A stretch of DNA of 52,919 nucleotides, counting the filler, from Perkinsus olseni (taxonomy: Eukaryota): assembly GCA_013115125.1 (NCBI GenBank). It is 3 parts of 3 records of this genome, joined end to end, with 100 filler letters (N's around TTAATTAATTAA, not from the genome) between each part and the next. Parts side by side here need not be neighbours in the genome. Positions count along the whole stretch, not along the records: positions 35,391 to 52,919 come from JABANN010000642.1; 2 more parts are not named here. One strand, written 5' to 3'. The position numbers were made by a program, and so were the translations under genes. Below, in pieces: positions 36,885-47,481 of this stretch. Position 1 is the stretch's first letter; each line of letters starts with the position of its first letter. The notes under the pieces were generated by a model. It searched no databases, was not told the DNA's origin, and worked only from the letters and a program-made list of their open reading frames with translations.

Positions 36885-39443
36885 CTAGCTTGACGGCGAT
36901 CCATCCCTATTGTGTAGATCCTCGATCGATGGCTCCGGTGGTATCTCGCTTGAGGACGGCCTGGCCTCAGGCGAGTTTGGTGGTGCCGTGCTCGAAAATA
37001 CACTCCGGGGAGTTGTGAAATCATCAGAGGGAGGAGATGACGAAGACAGTGATGGTGACGGTAGACGACCAAGGCCAGCTTCGATGAGCTCCTCCGGAGG
37101 ATGCTGGTTGGGCGGGATGTCCGGACGCACATACGGCACCTTCAAGGCTTGCTGACGATATTCACCAGACCACTGGTTGAAGTCAAATTGTGTAATTTTG
37201 CTTCTTTCCATGTCGATCTCGACACACGTCCTCGACGGCAAGTAAACAGCCACTCGGAAATGTTGTTGTTCCAAGTAGAGCCAGAACAATACCGTACCAA
37301 TGAAAAGAGGAACCATCAAAGGCGAGGCGACAGCACCCTCCTTGATAGCTAGTACAGCCATAACGGTGATCTCAGCCACGATCTCACAGAAAATAATGAA
37401 ACGCATCGCCCTCGTCCACATTTGGCCTCCACTATCATGACTAGGATCATAGATAAAAGCATACTGATTCTTATAGATCAGGGCCTCACACGCAAAAGCA
37501 AACGCCATCACAAATGCAACGATCGGCGAAGTCACCGCGTAGACGAAAAGAATCATGAAAAACAACGTGACCGTAGATAGCAACGCTGGTTGGTCCAAAG
37601 TAACCGGATTGGTCAACGGCTGAAGACCGAAGAAAGGCTGGCTTCTCTCTTTCTCCGTTAACTTCGGACCCAGCTTCTCTCGGATGAGGGCCTTCACGTA
37701 AGGTGTGTAACGTAGTAGCTCGGCGCCGAGCGGTGGACCAACTTGTACGAATACAAAAGACATAAAGTAGTTCGACTGCTGCGGCAGGTTGTTACCCAAA
37801 ATATCCTGGATCGTGCCCCAGGGGTCAACGGAAAGTTCGTGCAAACTCGCGAGTAGACTACCAGCGATGGCACTGACAAAGAAGGTCTGTATAATATAAA
37901 AGGCAGCCAGCTTAGCAAACAGAGAGGCGTTCAACGCCGAGTTGGAAATATGTCCTTCCAGCTGCGAGAACAGCTTCAGGAAGACCACCAATAGGGAGTT
38001 GAGAATCGCCAGAAGGATAGGGGAAATCTGCTGAAGCAAAACGTCGATACCGGGCCAGGCTTCCGACCAGTCCTCCAAAAAAGGCAGCTCCTTCTTCAGA
38101 TTCTGAACTTGAGAAACCGAAGATACAAACGCTACCGGTACCGTCCAAAACACGCACAATACAACCGTAAGAACAATAGAAAGTAACATGCCCAACTCCT
38201 GTCTCATGTGCGGCATACCAACATTATCCCAAAACACATCATCGGGCAAGGGGGCCGGCATAGCACAGATTTTGAACGGCGTACCAGAATGCAGCATCTG
38301 CAGGGCGGACATGGAGGCCTTCAGGGACCGGAAAGTTACAAAACCGTCAGCCCTGACCTTGAACTCGGGCTTGTCACCAAATGGTAGCAAATTGGTCGGA
38401 TTCAACGCTTTTGGGAGAGGAACAATATCAGCGACATCTTTGACGATGTTAACAGGAGCTTTGGTAAGATTCTTCAGCTGCCCTGTAAGACCCTCTTCAA
38501 CCTCGACTTCCTTATCGAATCGCACTTGGAAGAGTTCATCAGCCTTCTCCTGGAAATCCTCAGCCGATCGAACCGTCCTCTCACAATATCTGTTCAAAGC
38601 CGCCAGTCGTCTCTCCAAAACCGTGATGGTGTCCATCTTTTCTTTGCCGCACATTTTCACTTTCATCTCGGGACGCTCTCCCTCGTACTCGGCCACATTG
38701 TAGGCATGCTCAAGCTTCGGTATTATCTTCGATCTCTCAGCCTCCTGTTTCTCGAGCTCGTCGATATCCAACGCCACACGAGCGTCCAAAACCTGGCCCG
38801 GGGCAACGTCTTCGAAGAAATTCCTCAACGCACGATTCGAGCGCATATCTTCTGGCAAACCACGAACAAAAACCGTATAGTTGTCCAACCTCATTCGCGC
38901 AAGATACTGATGTCTCCGACTAAGATACCAGCTGAACTCATGATAGATTAGGTACATGGAGTAACCGTAAAAGACATAGGAGGCCAATAAAGTAGCAATC
39001 AAGGCCGTGTCACCATTCAGAAGATTCCCCAGACTCCAAGATTGCATAGGGTCGCTTTCTCCAGGACTCTTCTCACGATCTTGATACTTGTAAATCGGTA
39101 TAAGATAAATTGAGTTAAAACAACCCACACACGATATTTTTACCCCCATTCTCAACATCCTGATAAAGGCAGCCGCATCGAGACCAGCATATGCAACCAG
39201 CTCATCATCACTGATCAGGACCGCGTTCCGTATCCATGACCATTTTCCGGTTTTTCTATCAGATAGAGGACAACTGAGCTCAGGGATATTATCTCGACAA
39301 TTATAAAGCTCCGGAGCCTTGGACTTCACCAGACAGTACACCAGGACCATGATGGCAAAGATACCAATGTAGATTCCAAAGGAAATCAAGACGGCCATGG
39401 AAGTGGTGGTCTTACTCGACCCGTCAGAAGAAGAGTCGGCCAT
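36885..39443 (-). CDS. OSCA/TMEM63 (CSC1/ERD4/RSN1, DUF221) mechanosensitive cation channel, 852 aa, intronless
   Basis: GLDAAAFIRML, YTVFVRGLP, GFVTFRS, APLPDDVFWDN, FWTVPVAFV, LPQQSNYFMSFV, YKNQYAFIY, DSGGQMW; multi-TM. Confidence 0.93.
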   Translation of the reverse strand: MADSSSDGSSKTTTSMAVLISFGIYIGIFAIMVLVYCLVKSKAPELYNCRDNIPELSCPLSDRKTGKWSWIRNAVLISDDELVAYAGLDAAAFIRMLRMGVKISCVGCFNSIYLIPIYKYQDREKSPGESDPMQSWSLGNLLNGDTALIATLLASYVFYGYSMYLIYHEFSWYLSRRHQYLARMRLDNYTVFVRGLPEDMRSNRALRNFFEDVAPGQVLDARVALDIDELEKQEAERSKIIPKLEHAYNVAEYEGERPEMKVKMCGKEKMDTITVLERRLAALNRYCERTVRSAEDFQEKADELFQVRFDKEVEVEEGLTGQLKNLTKAPVNIVKDVADIVPLPKALNPTNLLPFGDKPEFKVRADGFVTFRSLKASMSALQMLHSGTPFKICAMPAPLPDDVFWDNVGMPHMRQELGMLLSIVLTVVLCVFWTVPVAFVSSVSQVQNLKKELPFLEDWSEAWPGIDVLLQQISPILLAILNSLLVVFLKLFSQLEGHISNSALNASLFAKLAAFYIIQTFFVSAIAGSLLASLHELSVDPWGTIQDILGNNLPQQSNYFMSFVFVQVGPPLGAELLRYTPYVKALIREKLGPKLTEKERSQPFFGLQPLTNPVTLDQPALLSTVTLFFMILFVYAVTSPIVAFVMAFAFACEALIYKNQYAFIYDPSHDSGGQMWTRAMRFIIFCEIVAEITVMAVLAIKEGAVASPLMVPLFIGTVLFWLYLEQQHFRVAVYLPSRTCVEIDMERSKITQFDFNQWSGEYRQQALKVPYVRPDIPPNQHPPEELIEAGLGRLPSPSLSSSSPPSDDFTTPRSVFSSTAPPNSPEARPSSSEIPPEPSIEDLHNRDGSPSS

Positions 39444-39822
39444 AGTGTATGTGGACAGAGAGAAGAAGGAGACGCACTGAACCAGGATTCGGAAAAAATA
39501 CGGAAAATTTAACCAGAATAAATTTTCCGTCGCTTTTGGCCATCGAAAGTTTCAAACGAGGAGTGTCCTCACTCATGATACTTGAGCTCCCTTGAGCTTC
39601 CTTAACTTTTAGGTTCTCCAGAAATGTTACGGGCTAGGTCAGTTCCAACTCCATCAAATCTTTCATAGGGGAGGATGGGGACATCCCACACAAAAGCTGC
39701 AGTGCGCCGTTCTCGTGATCACGAGACTCCGTCACTGCGCCACAAAATTCGTCTCTCCCGTGTAGAGCCTTCCTCCCAAACGCAAAGGAAAAAATGTCAA
39801 AATTTCCGCACGTCCAAAAATT

Positions 39823-41216
39823 TTACTCTGACTTCTTTTTCTGGCCGAACACCCCGACACAGTAGCTACAGACAGGAGTACCGGTAACCATGACCTGAGA
39901 AAATGCAAGATTAGGCAAGATTTCAAGATGCATGGCACTTACCACAATCGACATGACTGCGATCGTGAGATGCAGCGCGTGGGTGGCGGGACAAATCGGT
40001 GAGGATTTTCCGCAGAGGTCATGATTAGGCATCCCGGGAATATCCGCAGCGAGATCGGACACGTATCTTCGAACATCGTGATAAGCATGCTCAACCTCAA
40101 GATTCGAGTATTTTTACTTTTCACAAATATTCAACGTGAACAGATTGTCCGAAAATCCAGAGCGTATCTTCCACTTTGCGCAGAGCACGCTCAACCTCAC
40201 GGGATTCACTGTTTCCGACGAGGGCCTATGGTCCACCTAGTTTTGATAAAAGCTAGATCTACACAAGGCGTATCTTTCGTGAAGGGCATGCTCAACCCTT
40301 CATTCACAGATAAAATACCCTCACGGGGATTCGAACCCGGGACCTACTCCGCGCCAATCATAGTAATCAGCATCCACAGCGCTCCAACAACCGGCTGGAA
40401 GAAGATACTCATCGCGCTGGCAATGTGCGCACAGCCCATAATCTTCATCAGCTGCGGCACGGTCGCAATCCCACAGAACTTCATGGCGTCCTGCAAAATC
40501 TAATTTCGAGGCGCGCGAGAAAAACGGATCATCCTTTCACCTTCATGAACTCGGTTTTGGCAAAGTAGGAGTAGGCCACCGGAAGATATGCCTGGAGATC
40601 CGACGGAGCGATGTCGTACGCACAGGCAATATTGGCGATGCCAGAACCTGAAAGAAGATGAAGAAGAATAGATCGGAATTGACATGAAAGATACGCGATT
40701 GAGGTCAAAGATACGCCATGAGATTGAGGTCAACGATACGCCACGAGGTCGACGTGGAAGATACGCCACGAGGTCGAGGTCCAAAATACGGCACGAGATT
40801 GAGGTCAAAGATACGGCATGAGATTGAGGTCAAAGATACGCAACGAGGTCGACGTGGAAGATACGCCACGAGGTCGAGGTCCAACATACGGCACGAGATT
40901 GAGGTCAAAGATACGGCATGAGATTGAGGTCAAAGATACGCCACGAGATTGAGGTCAAAGATACGCCACGAGATCGGAGTCAAAGATACGGCATGGAAAT
41001 AAGGAGCTAATTGAGCAAACGTCGATGAGTATCCTTCATGAGACATCTCGATATGCATTGAGTGGAGAGGGTCGAGTAATGAGCATGATACGATACCCGT
41101 GTGACGTCGTGAATATTGTTACCAAGGAAGATGATCATTAATCCGAAGTAGCAGCCTACGGCCACTGTCTGGAAGATGAACTTGACCATAACAACGGAAG
41201 AAGAAGAAGCTGACAT
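39823..41216 (-). CDS. Small DoxX-like multi-TM protein with C-terminal dilysine (KKKSE*), five exons
   Basis: Spliced: MSASSSSVVMVKFIFQTVAVGCYFGLMIIFLG|SGIANIA...FMK|ILQDAMKFCG...IMGCAHIASAMSIFFQPVVGALWMLITMIGAE|YVSDLAAD...VMSIV|VMVTG...FGQKKKSE. Family call is by motif resemblance only. Confidence 0.6.
40311..40347 (-). pseudogene. tRNA-like 3' half (T-arm/B-box) starting at an intron donor
   Basis: Minus strand: GTAGGTCCCGGGTTCGAATCCCCGTGAGGGTATTTT, first bases of intron 40347-40067. Confidence 0.65.
40687..40994. repeat. Intronic 25-bp minisatellite (~12 units) with a 100-bp higher-order repeat
   Basis: Unit GAGATTGAGGTCAAAGATACGCCAC plus variants GAGGTCGACGTGGAAGATACGCCAC and GAGGTCGAGGTCCAAAATACGGCAC; lies in intron 40648-41122. 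Confidence 0.95.
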
Positions 41217-41728
41217 CACGACCACTCTCTTACGTACTAATGATAATACTCACATATCTTCTACTGTATGCTATATACGTTATTCGTATCTTTAGGTCGC
41301 CCGCGCAAGTTTTACTGTATAAAGATACTCACATACATATATTGAAGCGTGCATCACAATTACTCAATAATTAACATATCCGCTACCATCACCCTCTCCC
41401 CAGGGAAAGGAAATTCATTCTTTGTTCCCTATTCTACCTTGACCCGGCGAGAGGCGGAAGAAAACAAAACCGACTGCGTGACGCACGGACGCAAGAACGT
41501 CTGTCATCCCGCAGGGACCTGCCCTAGTAGCACAGCTCCGGGGTTACAACCAGAAACACAACGGTTGTCCCCACAGGGCAGAAGGGCCCGAGTGAACCAA
41601 CTCGAGCTGCGGATGGCGAGTGAAAGCCATAGAAAAAACGATACCCGCTCATCATTCAACTGAACACAACTGAGAACTCAAAACTATTAATAAACGGAAA
41701 ATTATCAATCGTAAAATTCAACTCGACA

Positions 41729-44700
41729 TTATTCGTTCGGCCCCTTCAAGGACTCACCTTCTTCCATATTGACCAATTTCTTTGATCGTTTCCCGCGCGC
41801 CAGAAAAATATAACAACAACTAGCCAGAAGGAGACCGGCGAGCAGTCCTCCTGACGACGCTAGAAAAATCGCCAGGAAGTTATTCGATCCAAATCGATCA
41901 AGTGATCGATTCTGACATTCGGCCTCATCTGGGACCAGAGAGCGGAGATGATCCAGAACCGACGTGACGTTACAAGTAGATCTGAGAAAGACAAAACTCG
42001 AGGAGCAGAAGTCTATTAGAATAAAATCTTGCAATCTTGAATTTCCTCAAACTATGCCACAAGCAAATCTTGCTCTCTCTTACTTCCCTCGGCATTCCTG
42101 GACGCCATCCGCTGTGGCAACTCGGCCGTTGTAAATAAATCTTGCCGAATTGTCGGAATAAAACTCCACGATGAGCATTGACCCAAAAGAAGGCCAAATC
42201 GATGAACATAACTTACCCGAATCCTGCCCTGAACGGAAACCAGATGCCTTTCACCGCGCCACAAAATTCTTCACCGCGCCGCGAAATTCGGATGGGAAAC
42301 TACTGGAGGGAGGCAAGATAAGCTCCTCTCGTGCAAGTGCTATTTGGCTATCCCAGCAAATGTGATGTCAGAAACCACGGGTGAAGAAAGCACAAAACCA
42401 GAATAATTTTCCCCTTACATCGTAGTCCTAATGCGGAGAGCATTTCACCCATCGGCCCCGTATCGTGACCAGAATAAAGAGAGAAGCTGCGGCCCGAGAT
42501 CGTCAAGTCGTTAAAGACATCCTGAGAAAACGAAGTCATGCCACCAAGGATCTCAAAACATGAAAACGGGAAGCACGTCGAAGCTTTCTCTTCGACCACC
42601 TTCGAGGCAGTAGTCGATTCTCAACCAAAGACGCGTCTTGGAGATCAGAAGAAGCATGAAGACTGTCGATTGCTTACTCGGATGAGCGGCCCGATCGAAT
42701 ATCGCAGTAAATCCGGAGTGACTTGATATCGACCGATGGACCAAAACCTGCAGAGTAGTCGAAAGGTCCCTGGTTCGAACCCCACACCCGATAGTCCGAC
42801 GAACTTGAGCAAGAGACACGCTCACATATCAAAGAAGGCAAAGTTTTCCCCATACACTCCCACGTTAGTCGTGAGAAGGTCTGTAGCCAACCGAGAGGCC
42901 CCTGGTTCGAACCCTGCTCACGTCGCTTCATTCACTATATGATTCCATAAGTCACCGCCAATCTCTAATCCAGTAGGCAGCTTTTTCGGCTCACTCGGTA
43001 CGGTAGAGCAAGCATGACTCATCAGACAGTCCTGAATATCTTGCAATCTCGCATTTTCCCAACGCAATCATATTACCAGCATCCTCCCATAAATCTTGGC
43101 AAGGTTAGCCGGGTCGCCGTTCATCCAAGCGTCACTGCGCCCCGTAATTTTCCCGATTTTCTCTCTCATTCTTTCCGAGTTCTTCACATGCTCTCTGGCT
43201 TCTTTCGACTCCAAGAAAACTCTCTCTGCCGCAGAAAATGCTGGACAAACCTGCGAAGAATTGATCGAGTAATTCCGTCACGCGCCACGAAATTCCCAAC
43301 GCGACTCACATCCGGATTCGGCTCCATACCATCCACCGTACGGTCTGGTACAACAACTTCAAAGGCTGTGTTATTTCCTGAGGCATATCAGGTATTGCAA
43401 TTTCGCTCGCCCAAAATTATCAAACCGTCCAAAACACGCCCTCACTCGAAGATTACGCGGTGGATGAGGACTCATTGAGCATGACACTGTAACGCTGATC
43501 CAAAGGCATTCCACATCATCTATCACACGACCGCGCGCCACGAAATTCGCCCCCGCCAGATGAGACGGCATCACCATCATCATTCGGAAACATTCCCATC
43601 GTCAAGGCTTGCGCGCTCTCGATCGTCCGAGGGCAGTCATCCGCTCGTATCATCACCTTGGGGTTAGCCGGACTCTAACGGAAACGAATGAAGAGAGTTG
43701 AGACTACGGGGAGGGGAGCTCACCTTGTCCAGTTTGAGCGCTTCGCCATAAGCGTTTCTCAATGCTTGTCCATTCGCTATTTGCATGTCAATTCCCGAGT
43801 CAACTAATTGGCCTAGAAGAAAGGGAGCAGGGATAGAACCATGGACCTCGGGAATGGAAGTTAGTTGAGTTGCCCACTGCGCTATTTTACCTAATATACA
43901 GTTGCCACGGAGGCTGCCGAGGTCGCCGCGCACTCGTAAAAACTTCGGAGAGAAGGAACCTTCCAATCGCTCATAGCCGGAAAACGTTTGGCTGCTGCAA
44001 GAGTATCTGAGGTTGAACCATGCAGGATACACAAAAACTCAGCTGCACCTTACACCGTTTCATCCCCCTCCCAGCATCCTTTACTCTGAGTCAAAACTCG
44101 ACTACCATGGCGAACGAAAGTCAGGACGCGAGACTGAAACAACACACCACCACACAGCATACTCGATCCCTCGCTTGGAATGGTAGGTCAATCCAAAGGT
44201 CTTTCCGAAGGGGTCCGAGGGTTCCTAGAACCAAAGGGGTACGGAGATGAATGATAACTGCAAGCAATAGCCCACAGCACATTGACCTATCCACCCAACC
44301 GAGGGTCTCTAGAATGCGCGTCTTATCTGAACCCCTGTGTGTTTGCCGTAGAAACTTTTCACACGCACGATCCAAATGCACAGGCTGTCGTGGCAAAAGG
44401 ACAAAGTACTGGAGCGCGGCCACCGAATCTCGTTGAAGCGATTTCGCCTCTAGGGGTGGCTCCAGCGGCTGAGGCTTTCCCTATACATCGTGCTGTATAT
44501 GGTACGATCGCCACGTCTCTCAGCACAAAGGGTTTCATCGAACTCGGCTGTATCGGGAATACCCCTACGTAACCCTCTCTGTTCCCCCGGCCGCAACAGG
44601 TGTGAGTGACACTGGACACTAAGTAGACATAGGAGGAAGAGCATCCCCAAACGGCCTTGGCAGCACAAAGCCCCGGACCCGATGCTGCTCCCGTATGCTA

Positions 44701-45081
44701 ATCAACAGAGGTAAGCCTGTCGTTTACCAAGTCGATATTATCATCACGCCCCTCGGGATCGCGAAAATAGCACTACGTCAACTGGGACGATGAAACGTTG
44801 AAACAACTCAAGTTGATGAGGATTTGTTGCGCGGTGTCACCAACCACCCTCAAAGTGCCCAAAATTGCAATTTTCTAGGGGAAACAGTAATTTCTAGTTC
44901 GACTGAATTAACAAATATTCCCATCCATTCCAACTACTACCACTGTGCTGCCTCTATTCCCCACAAATGGCGGTGTCGGCCATTTGAGATCTGCGTGACA
45001 GTAATACAGCGGCTCATCCTCGGGGAAAGCCTCGATGATGGGGGCACATAGTAATAGTGGAAGAAGGAAGGTTAACAACAT
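41729..45081 (-). CDS. Histidine acid phosphatase (lysosomal/prostatic type), signal peptide and C-terminal TM, multi-exon
   Basis: MLLTFLLPLLLCAPIIEA...GNRGSTV|SRVLTFVRHGSR (RHGxR), CILG|QLVDSGIDMQ, IRADDCPRTIESAQAL, SIGPLIR, FSLYSGHDTG (HD), TM LAIFLASSGGLLAGLLLASCCYIFL. Confidence 0.88.
42760..42792 (+). pseudogene. tRNA-like T-arm/B-box element, antisense in phosphatase intron
   Basis: GAAAGGTCCCTGGTTCGAACCCCACACCCGA. Confidence 0.6.
42890..42921 (+). pseudogene. tRNA-like T-arm/B-box element, antisense in phosphatase intron
   Basis: CCGAGAGGCCCCTGGTTCGAACCCTGCTCAC; ends exactly at the minus-strand donor. Confidence 0.6.
43813..43890 (-). pseudogene. 78-nt intron that is a full-length degenerate tRNA-like sequence (A-box and B-box at tRNA spacing)
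   Basis: GTAAAA TAGCGCAGTGG GCAACTCAACTAA CTTCCAT TCCCG AGGTC CATGG TTCTATC CCTGC TCCCTTTCTTCTAG. Confidence 0.65.
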
Positions 45082-46833
45082 GATAACTGGCACATCGGCC
45101 GACACTATGATCACGAGTATTGTACTGTTTATACCGCTGATCCCATCTTGCTCGCTGAGCTGAGCTAAAGCGTAGATCATCTACGTCACTTACGTCATCT
45201 GCGGTAGATGACGCGAAGACAATAGGTCAATGATGGGATCCCAGATAGCAAGACCCGGGTATTGTATTCTCAATGAGCGATTATCTTTGACTATCTTTCC
45301 TTGGCCTCTTCGAACCGTATTTCTATTCAGCTTCTCAATAATCATCTACTTAAGAGATGTTCTTGAGTAGACGATTATTGTTGCATGATTGTATTATTAT
45401 GATTGCAGCTGCTGGATATCTCTGTTCCGAACAGAGATACCCAGGGGCTGCCCTTCGAACTAAACTCCCAAGGTTTGGGCTTACCCTCGACAGCGACTAG
45501 AACGACGTACAGTGCGAACCAAACCGTTATGCAAATCACCTTTTGTGAGACAACTTGCTCTATAAGGAGAGTTTATAAATGGAACTCGAAAGGTGTACTG
45601 ATAATGAGAGAGAAAATCGATTGACACCGTTTCAGAACCGTTTCATCATCCATCCTTATGTTACGAGCGCGCGAAAATTTCCGGACCCTGCCGACCGACC
45701 CAAACCGTTGTACACTGTGTATGGTTCCTCTTCGCTCCGCTGGGAGAGTCTCCATTCGGGATAGAATGGAATTAGCAACATTCGTCGCTGGGTCCTGATG
45801 CTGTCAACGTTCAGCACACACCGGTGTCTGTTTGATTGCCTGCCCCTATATTGCTAACTGAGATTTTACCCATCCGAGATCACCCTCAGCTCCACCTCTC
45901 GAAAAGTCGCTAACTCAATATCTGTCAATATCCGGAGTCAGACACCGTATGACCAAGTAGTATCACCGAGGCCTGGGTGTCAAAATCTGCGAAATGCGTT
46001 GATTCCACCACCCCCTTCACTCACCCGAAGATTCCTGCATCTCACGATCTCTCTCGATGGGCCTAATAAACCATGCAGGTGAAGTACTAGCAATTACTAC
46101 TGATCGGATAGTAGCGCGCAGTATTATGGGCACCAGACGAGGCATTAGGTATGCCATACCTACATGTCTAAGGATGTTATTAACAAGACGAGATTGGGAC
46201 GTACGAAAGGTATGGTCGTCGGCCCTCTCATGAGCGTTACAACCACAAGGCCCCTAGCTCAGCGGACTCCACCGAACACAACTTCCAATAGGAGCATCCT
46301 CCATATTGGAGATACAAGGACGACAAAGACTCATGATGGAAAAGCCTTGCTAAGTGAGTATCAATAGACAGAGCGAGAAGTACAAGTACGGGTGAGCTCT
46401 TGTAAGCACCCGAGTCTAGAAGGAGAACGACCACCTCCAGTCTGAATCGAGCTCCGCAGACAGAGGGGCGTCAACGTCTCAGAGGATGAAACGCTACGAA
46501 GGCTGATCCCCAACGTCGGAGCGAATATCTGTCAAGCCGCTATCCACTGTTCCCGAGCCAAAGGCTCTTCCCCAAGTCGGAGATAAACCGGCTATCATAC
46601 GAAAACGATCAGCTCATTGGGGTACGTGATAACGAGAACCACGAAAATAGAATGATAACAATAATGACAACCATTACAACATCATCAACATGGAAAGGCA
46701 TCATAAGAGCTGAAAGAAAGTCGGAATTGAATAGCGAATCCATGGAGAGTGACGCCAGTTCACAAAATGATAGACCACCTCAATGCCAGTATAATACCAT
46801 AACTTCCCCAAATCACAATAACTAAGACACTGA

Positions 46834-47247
46834 TCACCAAGGGCATTCACCCGGGCTCAAGATTTGGGGGTTTGCCTCGACCGACATCTGGATGGTATTA
46901 GTTTGCCAATAGTAATCATACTTGAAGAAATCATTGTCGTCGAAGTGGTAATTTGGGCAGTCATCCCTGACCTCCCTCATGAAAGCATCGTATGCCTCTG
47001 TGCTACTGTTGTCGATCTCATAATGGAAAGGGGTAGTCTCTCGGACGTGGACCTTTCCCAATGTCCTAACCTCGGTCACACAGTTGAATAGGAGGCTGAT
47101 GTGGTCACCCTCGAACCATTCCACCTGAATGCACTCAAAGAGAGGGCCGAGTATTTTGAAGTACTTCCCTCTTGGTGGACCAGCTCGTGCGAGTACCGGT
47201 TGGAGTGGTACGATAAGGGAAGCGCAGAGAACAATAAGGACCAACAT
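46834..47247 (-). CDS. Small secreted hypothetical protein, intronless
   Basis: Signal peptide MLVLIVLCASLIVPLQPVLA followed by GPPRGKY and a Cys-containing ~120-aa domain. Confidence 0.65.
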   Translation of the reverse strand: MLVLIVLCASLIVPLQPVLARAGPPRGKYFKILGPLFECIQVEWFEGDHISLLFNCVTEVRTLGKVHVRETTPFHYEIDNSSTEAYDAFMREVRDDCPNYHFDDNDFFKYDYYWQTNTIQMSVEANPQILSPGECPW

Positions 47248-47481
47248 GACTGTTAATGATGCCTGAGGAATGTTTGGACAGTTGAGGAAATGCAAGTGAG
47301 TTCAAGAGAGCCAAGATTTCTAGCAGGTGTTTATGTAATAGAGCATCGATTGTGGGGCTAATTAAGCACTTCTCATCTGGCAACCAGACTGTCACTTGCC
47401 CGTAGAGGCGTTAATAGTAGGATATCCGAGGTTGAAGCTGGTTAGATACAGAACAGGTTAAGTTGTGAGCTATTGTTGTTA

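Noticed and set aside
40687-40994. CRISPR-like array
   Set aside because: Contiguous 25-bp units with no unique spacers, eukaryotic intron, no cas genes.
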